From Octopus vulgaris (taxonomy: Eukaryota), in NCBI GenBank assembly GCA_951406725.2, contig OX597824.1:75702001-75766000 (forward strand): DNA of 64,000 nucleotides, written 5' to 3'. The position numbers were made by a program, and so were the translations under genes. The notes under the pieces were generated by a model that saw only the letters and a program-made list of their open reading frames with translations, searched no databases and was not told the DNA's origin. Below are positions 56,109-64,000 of this stretch, piece after piece (position 1 is the stretch's first letter; each line of letters opens with the position of its first letter).

Positions 56109-56651
56109 GAGTGTGAGTCAAAAAGTAATGTCATTTTGTTTAGGACAGGTATAATTACCAACACAGGAACGTGTATCATACATCAAAATGAAGTTGGTCC
56201 TCTGTGGATCACATCCCTACTTCTCAACATAGTCACCGTTTCTCTCAATAGCAATGTTCTACCTTTGAATGAGAGCATGTATCCCTGCCCCGTAAAATTC
56301 TGTTGACTGTTCTTTGAGCCACTTCTTCACTACCGTTTTCACTTCCTCATCACTGGACTATCATCGTCACTTGACTATCATCTCTTCGGCCCCATGAAAG
56401 AGGATTTTAGAGGCAAACATTATTCAAGTGACGAGGGAGTGAAAACTGTAGTGAAGAAGTTGCTCAAAGAACAGTCAACAGAATTTTGCGGGGCAGGGGA
56501 TATATGCTTTTATTCGAAGGTGGAACATTGCTATTGAGAGAAACCGTAACTATGTTGAGAAGTAGGGATGTGATCCACAGAGGACCATGTTCCTGTATTG
56601 GTAATTATACCTATCCTAAACAAAATGGCATTACCTTTTGACTCACCCTCG
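56108..56651. mobile_element. Mariner foldback element built from two inverted 3' ends
   Basis: TA flanks; 56108-~56355 is the reverse complement of ~56426-56651; the centre and right arm encode DYHLFGPMKE…RRWNIAIERNRNYVEK*. Confidence 0.85.
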
Positions 56652-56655
56652 TATA

Positions 56656-56994
56656 GGAGGAGACCCCGCTTCGGTCATGAATGACCATGGGATTGCACCT
56701 AGAAAGTTACACTCCGAGGCACAAGTCAGGGTAAGATTGTCTGTGGAAGGCTAGCAGTCGCCCATGCATACCAGCCTCCCCTCCCCACACCACTGATGTT
56801 ATCCAAGGGAAAGGCTAAGGCCGATACAGCTTGGCACCAGTGATGTCACAACTCATTTCTACAGATGAGTTAACTGGAGCAACGCGAAATAAAGTGTCAT
56901 GTTCAAGAACACAACACACAGCCCGGTCAGAGAATCGAACTCACAACCTCACGATCGTAAGCTCTACGCTCTAACCACTAAGCCATGCACCTTC
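56656..56994 (-). mobile_element. tRNA-derived SINE family E
   Basis: Reverse complement begins gaaggtgcatggcttagtggttagagcg…gagttcgattc; its central part (ttgctccagt..actca) is shared with 59808-60051. Confidence 0.75.
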
Positions 56995-57030
56995 CCTCAC
57001 CCTCGCATATATATATATATACATGCATGC

Positions 57031-57186
57031 ACAATGGCCCAGTGATTACGCAGCGGACTAGCGGTGACGGGATCGCGGTTTCGATTCCCAAGCCGTTGTG
57101 AGTGTTTATTGTGCGAAAACACCTAAAGCACCACGAGGATCCGGCATGGGGTGGTGGGGAACCCTGCTGTACTCTTTCACCACAAC
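57031..57186 (+). mobile_element. SINE family A 5' half, diverged
   Basis: caatggcccagtg…gtactctttcaccacaac. Confidence 0.8.
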
Positions 57187-57990
57187 AGACACACGAAGAA
57201 TAATATTCCATTTAATCTAGCAAGAAGAATCTGCACAATTGTCTCAAACCCTGAAATTCGCAATAAAAGACTCCAGGAATTAAAACAAATCTACTTAAAT
57301 GACAGTATCCATTAATTTTAATAGAAAACGCGATAGAACGTGCCGAAGCAGTAAATATCCAAGATAAACGAAAAATGCTCCAGATACATCCAATATTCTA
57401 CCCTTGTGACAACACACAACCAAAGAAACACAGAGCGTTACAACATTATCCACCAGAACATCCCACTACTGAGACAAGACCCTTGAACGAAATACTCAAA
57501 ATAATCGAAAGTAAAAGACAATTAAATTCCCTCGAAAATTCCTCACCAGCGCTAAATTACCTTCCATAATTCTCACACTAACAGTCAAAAAGTGTGGTCG
57601 CCGCAATTGTTGGACTTGCATCAATCTTACTGAAGACAGAACATACAAATTCAAATCGGGGCAGATTTTTACTGTAAAAAAATCATCTTACACGTTCTTC
57701 AAGGAGTTTAATATACGCTATCAAATGTCAACGATGTAATGAAGGTTACATCGGTTAAACAATGCTTACTCAAAGAAATAGACTGACCATTCACCGACAA
57801 CAAATACAAGACCCCAGTACTAGACAGATTTCACTGAGTGGCCACATAAACATATGTGCAAAAAATAAGTCCCCAAATTCCAGGTCTTCCCACTCTATTT
57901 ATGTTCAGTGAATACCACAGAGAAGCACGGATAAACAAAGAAAATACTTTTATACAAAGTACAAACGAAGACTTAACAAACTTTAACAGA
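57187..57990 (+). mobile_element. PLE (Neptune-like) thumb plus GIY-YIG remnant
   Basis: HTKNNIPFNLARRICTIVS…RLQELK; KKCGRRNCWTC; LIYAIKCQRCNEGYIG*T…RLTIHRQQI; related to 29010-29880. Confidence 0.8.
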
Positions 57991-58585
57991 TTGCATACAC
58001 ATATAACTATTTACTCACAAAACTCATTCTGCCACTTAACATGAGGAACTTACACAGCTAACAACCTAAACTTTAGCCACTGGACTACATACAAACGACT
58101 CCAGTTCACTGTTCTTCTTGGCAGATTAAATATACTGTCACGTGACACTAACGCACGGACCTAATGGGGAACGTACAAAAGATTCTAAACTTAATTACGT
58201 GTTCATTCTCTACAAACACTTGACAGAAAACATTACGACGCCAAGCATTGTCACTGATACTAACACACGGATGTAGCAGAGAACCTCCAAAGAAGTTTCT
58301 AAGACCGGGCATGTGACTATCTTCTACCAATCAATTCTATCCAAAACATACTAATTTGAGCCATGAACTCCTTATAAAAACAAGACAAGATTTAAGCACT
58401 TGTCAGAAGCAAGACAGTTGCGACATAAGCCACATTTTTTCTATTTTAACTATTTGAAAATCAGTGTAATCTGTGAAACCGGTTAAATCTTTAAATATAA
58501 GATGAGAATATTTTAACAACTATTCTCAGTACATTTTCAACATCCATTTTTTCTATATTTCTACCTGTGTGGAATAAAGAAACTT

Positions 58586-58618
<33 letters not shown>

Positions 58619-58695
58619 CCGGAGTAAACACATAAATGTGAAACAAGGTGGAAAAAAGAGTACTCAAATACCAGTGGTAGAGTAATATGCTTTAT

Positions 58696-58841
58696 TTAAA
58701 GCAGCAGAAGATTCAACAAAATCTGTTACTCTGAGTTTCTCGTTGCCGTTCATCAGACAGTTTTTTCTAGCAAAAACTGTCTGATGAACGGCAACGAGAA
58801 ACTCAGAGTAACAGATTTTGTTGAATTTTCTGCTGCTTTAA
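58696..58841. repeat. 70-bp inverted repeat (1 mismatch, 6-nt spacer) carrying a minimal type I hammerhead on each strand
   Basis: Arms 58696-58765 and 58772-58841; ctgt-CTGATGA-acg-gcaa-cga-GAAA-ctc-a-gag-TA-acag at 58777-58814. Confidence 0.85.
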
Positions 58842-59215
58842 TATATATACTGCAGTAAGCACATAAATGTAAAACAAGGTGGAAAAAAGAGTACTCAAAT
58901 ACCAGAGGTAGAGTAATAAGCTTTATCTAAAAGCAGCAAAAATCCACTCTTCAATTAAAGGTTTTTCCTCGATTTTTTATAATAGGATGAATTTATATTG
59001 AATTCATTTATTCTGTTTATTTTGTTTATCGCATGCTTAAGACCGTTATTTGAAAGGACCAATGAAACAAATCCATTTTTAAAGGTGTATCTATTAACTA
59101 GTTTTGATCATATCGTTATTTCTGTTCTATCTTAACAAAACTGTCCGGCGAACGGGAACACGAAACTCTGCGTAACAGCTTTTGTTATATTTCTACTGCT
59201 TTTAAATAAAGTATA

Positions 59216-59260
<45 letters not shown>

Positions 59261-59262
<2 letters not shown>

Positions 59263-59751
59263 TGGGAGAATAAGAACGGAACGAAGCGAACGAATCGAAT
59301 CGAACCGACGCGAGGGCGCTGTCAAACAATAGTGTAATAAATAAAATATATGCATACATACAAACATATATGTACGTACCTACATCTTCTTTACGTCCTG
59401 TTTGTGTTACATTTTTTTCTTGCTTGTTTTTACCCCTCTGTGAGGTAATTTTATTTTAATTCTCTCGCAGGAAGGATTAGTTTGGCGAGTTGTGTTCTGT
59501 CTTGCCTTCGAAACACGCTAGAGTCGAACTAGTGACAGCTGATGAAGGGGATTTTTCCTTGTGTAGTATATCCTGTACTCTGTTTTTCTGTTGTAAAAAA
59601 ATGTTTTTTCCGTTTTCGTTTCTCGTTGAGTTCTACGTCTAGTTGTGGTGTCCTGTACTCACGTATATATATTTATATATGCATGTATATATACATGTAG
59701 ATGTAGGTACGTACATATATGTTTGTATGTATGCATATATTTTATTTATTA

Positions 59752-59757
<6 letters not shown>
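59261..59757 (+). mobile_element. Family H-B repeat preceded by an inverted copy of its own end (PLE-like tail-to-tail arrangement)
   Basis: 59329-59387 is the reverse complement of 59699-59757; bounded by (TA)n. Confidence 0.8.
59477..59550 (+). ncRNA. Putative rearranged hammerhead, family H-B, intact core
   Basis: ttagtttggc … tgtgT-T-ctgtc … ccttc-GAAA-cacg … gtcgaactag-t-gacag-CTGATGA-agggg. Confidence 0.7.
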
Positions 59758-59807
<50 letters not shown>

Positions 59808-59811
<4 letters not shown>

Positions 59812-60051
59812 CCTTTTAAAGCCTAGTCAGGCTCATGGGCCCGGTTTCCCAGTTTCTATGGCGTATGTGTTCCCCAGCTGTACGAGACGCCAGTCCATCG
59901 CAGCGTTACTCATTTTTACCAGCTGAGTGGACTGGAGCAACGTGAAATGAAGTGTTTTTCTCAGGAACACAACGTGTCGCCCGGTCCAGGAATCGAAACC
60001 ACAATCTTACAATCATGATGCTGACACCCTAACCACTAAGCCACGCGCTTC
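59808..60051 (-). mobile_element. tRNA-derived SINE with Meta-domain-like body
   Basis: Reverse complement gaagcgcgtggcttagtggttaggg…gtttcgattcc…ctgcgatggactggcgtc…gaaactgggaaaccgggccc. Confidence 0.8.
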
Positions 60052-60075
60052 AACACACACACACGCACACACAAT

Positions 60076-60190
60076 GCGATGGGCTTCTATCAGTTTCTGT
60101 CTACTAAATCCACTCACAAGACACTCGTCGACTTAGGGTGCCACGCAGTGGGACTGACCCCGGAACCATGTAGTTGATAAGCAAGTTTCA
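60076..60190 (-). mobile_element. SINE family C fragment with internal deletion
   Basis: gggcttctatcagtttc…gtgccacgcagtgggactg. Confidence 0.7.
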
Positions 60191-60209
60191 TATTACACAG
60201 ATACACATA

Positions 60210-60220
60210 TATAGATAGAT

Positions 60221-60301
<81 letters not shown>

Positions 60302-60357
60302 TAGATAGATAGATAGATAGGATGGATGGATGGATGGATGGATGGATGGATGGATAG

Positions 60358-60452
<95 letters not shown>

Positions 60453-60474
60453 GGATGGATGGATAGATAGATGA

Positions 60475-60549
<75 letters not shown>

Positions 60550-60577
60550 TAGATAGATAGATATAGATAGATAGATA
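60210..60577. repeat. (GATA)n/(GGAT)n microsatellite
   Basis: Directly visible. Confidence 0.95.
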
Positions 60578-61123
60578 TCGTAACAGATGGAACGATGGCT
60601 ATAAAGCTGTTGCGTTTCTTCTCACATCTTAGCACGTATTTATCGCACACCATGTTTGTTGTTCAATAGTGATAGTGAGGCTATAAACCTCCTCTTGGAC
60701 AATAAATTAATAAACAGGTAGTTAAAAATAAATAAAATACACAAAAGAAATATAAGCACGAAACGTTTAAATGTTTAACAGCGTAAAATGTTAATATGAG
60801 ATATGTGTTGGCCACGTGACAATTGTCCAGCGGACATGTCACACTCTTTAAAATTTACAAGTCCAAATGACAGATAGGCTATAGGCTGTGCAACTGAGTG
60901 ATCAATATGTGATCCCCAGCATGCTAGAAATAATATCCACATCATCATTAGGCTATATTTACGTATATACATATCTCTCTCTCTCTCTCTCACACACACA
61001 CATACACAGATATATATATATAGATATATAGATATAGATATAGATATAGCTATATATATATATATATTTATTTTATATTGAGTACCTTATTTACTGTGGT
61101 TAACCCCGACTCAACCCGGGACC

Positions 61124-61172
<49 letters not shown>

Positions 61173-61356
61173 TAAATTGGAGATAAAACCACTATTAGGC
61201 AAATTAAACAGTGAAAAACATAAACCAAAACATAAAAATAAAAATAATATAATATACAAATATATAAAATATAAAATTTAAAATTTAAATTATTCAAATT
61301 TAAAATTATTAATTTATATTTATAAATTTTTACATTTTATTTTTTATATTTATATA

Positions 61357-61668
61357 TCACCGTGATCACCGTGACCGACCAGGCTATCAGATGTTGTTAC
61401 ACATCGCTGGTCACAATGCGCTTCGCATTGTTTTAGCCTTCAAATGACGCCATCCCGCTGGCTAAGCGAGCAGGCCAACAGAAGAAAGAGTGAGAGAGAA
61501 AGTTGTGGCGAAAGAGTACAGCAGGGAACGTCACCACCCCCTGCCGGAGCCTCGTGGAGCTTTAGGTGTTTTCGCTCAATAAACACTCACAACGCCCGGT
61601 CTGGGAATCGAAACCGCGATCCTACGACCGCGAGTCCGCTGCCCTAACCACTAGGCCATTGCGCCTCC
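61357..61668 (-). mobile_element. SINE with a family A head and an alternative 3' tail
   Basis: 61490-61668 matches the family A head and body; 61357-61485 is a different tail, shared with 16790-16880. Confidence 0.85.
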
Positions 61669-61759
61669 ACATATTTATATATATGTATACATATATATAT
61701 TATCTATCATGTGTGTGTGTGTTTGGGTGTACATGTACATATACATACATGTATATGGA

Positions 61760-62810
61760 GCACAAAAATTACAGACATATGAAGAAAATATCTAATTTTG
61801 AAACTCGACAGCTGTTTCGAGAAATTATGAGTTACGTAATAATCAGGATTATCACATAACTTCTGTGGCAGAGGAAGAGACTAGTAATTATCTGGCTCAA
61901 ATTTGTGACCATGAAATCAACAACATAATGAACATAGGGAACAGTATGAAATAAGAGTTGATATAAATCTCTTTCCAAAGAGCGTCGGTACAATTTATTT
62001 ATCGGAAGAACAAAATATAAATGGATCAGTTTATTGAGAAGATAATACAAGTGTAGTTGGTACATAAAACACAGAGCATAGAAGTTTAGCATGGAGGACT
62101 CACATGTTTATGACATTCAACTTCGAAGGATACTTCCATGCAGTTCAAGAAGGGAACCCTACCAAGTGCCTACAGCATAAAAGGCAGTAATGTAGGCTGT
62201 GCAAGAACAAGACTGAAAACATCAAACACATTGTCAACTATGACAGAATGTCATCCTGATATTATCTTCCCATGAGATATGATACGATTGCCAGAACAGT
62301 TTGGAACAAAGTAACAAAAAAAAAAAATATTTGTTTACGATGTTGACTATATTGAGACCGATGGGTCAAAAGAATATTTTGGAACCTAAGGATTATAAAA
62401 GGCACCAAGTTAAAATGCAACCAGCCAGATATTGTGTGGGACCACAAGGAAAAGATATGTTCTGTTGTAGAAATCAGCTGCCCTCAGGAAAACAATGTGG
62501 TTAGAAAAGTACAAGTGAAAGAGGACATCGGTGGACCATTTATAAAGAGTTTGCATATCCAGCACCTAATATACATTTTCAGCTTCATACTTATTATTAT
62601 TGGAGCAATAGGATGTAGACCAACCTGTCTGTAGCAAAATATGGCTGGACTTGGGATCTTGGAAAGAGATTACAAATCCATAATTCATACGCCACAAATA
62701 GCCACGATATCTGGGACTATAAAAATTTGCAAGACCTTGAGATTTTAAGTGTATGTTGGGTACTGGATTTGTAAACTCTTTATCAAAGGTCCACATTGGG
62801 TACTAGATTT
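61760..62810 (+). mobile_element. Heavily decayed R4-like RLE LINE 3' region
   Basis: QPDIV/WDHKEKICSVVEISCPQENNVVRKVQVKEDI…FSFILIIIGAIG; same subtype as 28062-28410. Confidence 0.65.
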
Positions 62811-63039
62811 TCAAACTCCTTATCAATGATGCATAAATGTCTCCTTTCTCTTGTTTTTCTTACCGCATTGGTGACCAGAGGGCAGCTGATTTCCACAACA
62901 GAGCATATCTTTTCTTTGTAGTCATACACAACCATATCTGGTCAGTTGTGGTTTAACTTGGTGGCTGTTTTAATTTTAGTCTATGTATATATATATATGT
63001 ATGGATGGATGGATGGATGCATGCATGAATACGTATGTA

Positions 63040-63240
63040 TCTTCCTGTTGTATTTATCACAGCCGAACCGCGTCGATTGACAACTGGCATTGGTATATTT
63101 GTGTCCCTGTAACATAACAGTTCGGCAAAAGACACCGATAGAATAAATATCAGGCTTCGAGGTCGATTTATTCGACTAAACCCTTCCAGGTAGTACCCCC
63201 ACATGGCCGCAGTTCAATTACAGAAACAAATAAAATAGAA
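63040..63240 (+). mobile_element. SINE family C 3' half, diverged
   Basis: ttgacaactggcattgg…gttcggcaaaagacaccgatagaataa…catggccgcagt. Confidence 0.7.
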
Positions 63241-63844
63241 AATATTTGTTCTGTTTGTCACTTCTTGTAGGGTGGGACTGAACAGGTCAGATATGAATTT
63301 GGCTGGTTAGTCTTTGTTCATTTGCAAACGGTGATCTCTCGTTCGCCAGCATGAACACTTGTAGTACATTACACATGCAAAGTTTGGAACATTTCTAACA
63401 AAGATGTCAACGTATTATTTACAAAGCTGCCCTTCAACATAATCGTCATTTTGTGTGCATGCGTGTGTATGTTTATGCGTGTCTAATATATAATGTACCA
63501 TGGTGCATTCTGATACCCCACCCCAGTGTTTTTAGTTAAATGTCCCTCGATACGTACTCATTAAATCACCCCCCTGGTTTTTTTGTTTTTAAACGCCCTG
63601 CGGTGTTTTCTTGTCATTTTGGTTATTTGTCAGTTATGCTTTTTTTTGTTATTTTTATCGAGTGTTTTCGCTCAGCGAACGCAATTGTACGTGCCTTGCG
63701 TACATGCAGTTTTTTCGATTCAATTTTCTTTTCACTCTTGCTTAAAAATTACTCTACGAAATAGGTGTATGTATATTGTATCCAGTGATGGTATTTTCTG
63801 TAAATTGTGTGCATACATACATAAATATTCATACACATGTATGT

Positions 63845-64000
63845 GTGTTTGTTTGTTCCTTTTCAAGCCATACCTGGCTCATAAGGGCCAGTTTCCCGGT
63901 TTCCCTGGCGTATAGGTTCCCCTCCTGGACGGGACGCCGGTCCATCGCAGGTGAGCTGCAAGATGCAGGAGGAAAGAGTGAGAGAAAGTTGTGGAAAAAG
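63845..64000 (-). mobile_element. SINE family B 3' part (runs off the window)
   Basis: Reverse complement of the family B body (cctggacgggacgccggtccatcgcaggtgagctgcaagatgcagg). Confidence 0.85.

Overview
AT-rich, microsatellite-saturated eukaryotic DNA, most likely an octopus (cephalopod) intergenic or intronic region. That assignment is inferred from the tRNA-derived SINE families and the repeat landscape. I found no host protein-coding exon, and nearly all ORFs in the supplied track are translated microsatellites or SINE read-throughs. The window is a graveyard of mobile elements. It holds many copies of several tRNA-derived SINE families and decayed Penelope-like retroelements (PLEs; Naiad-type and Neptune-type RT/GIY-YIG fragments with pseudo-LTRs). 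It also holds R4/Dong-type RLE LINE 3' ends sitting in (TAA)n and (CATA)n arrays, an RTE remnant, and mariner, Merlin and piggyBac remnants. The most striking signal is two sequence-unrelated, (TA)n-embedded repeats that each carry a complete set of hammerhead-ribozyme core elements. Their strand order is not a circular permutation (UH strand, then GAAA strand, then CUGANGA strand), and both share an extra fourth helix; they lie at 36891-36960 and at 37494-37569/59477-59550. Also notable is a PLE 5' region carrying a 2A-like EPNPGP motif and a Ulp1-protease-like segment. All calls are from reading the sequence by eye; no searches or folding programs were run.
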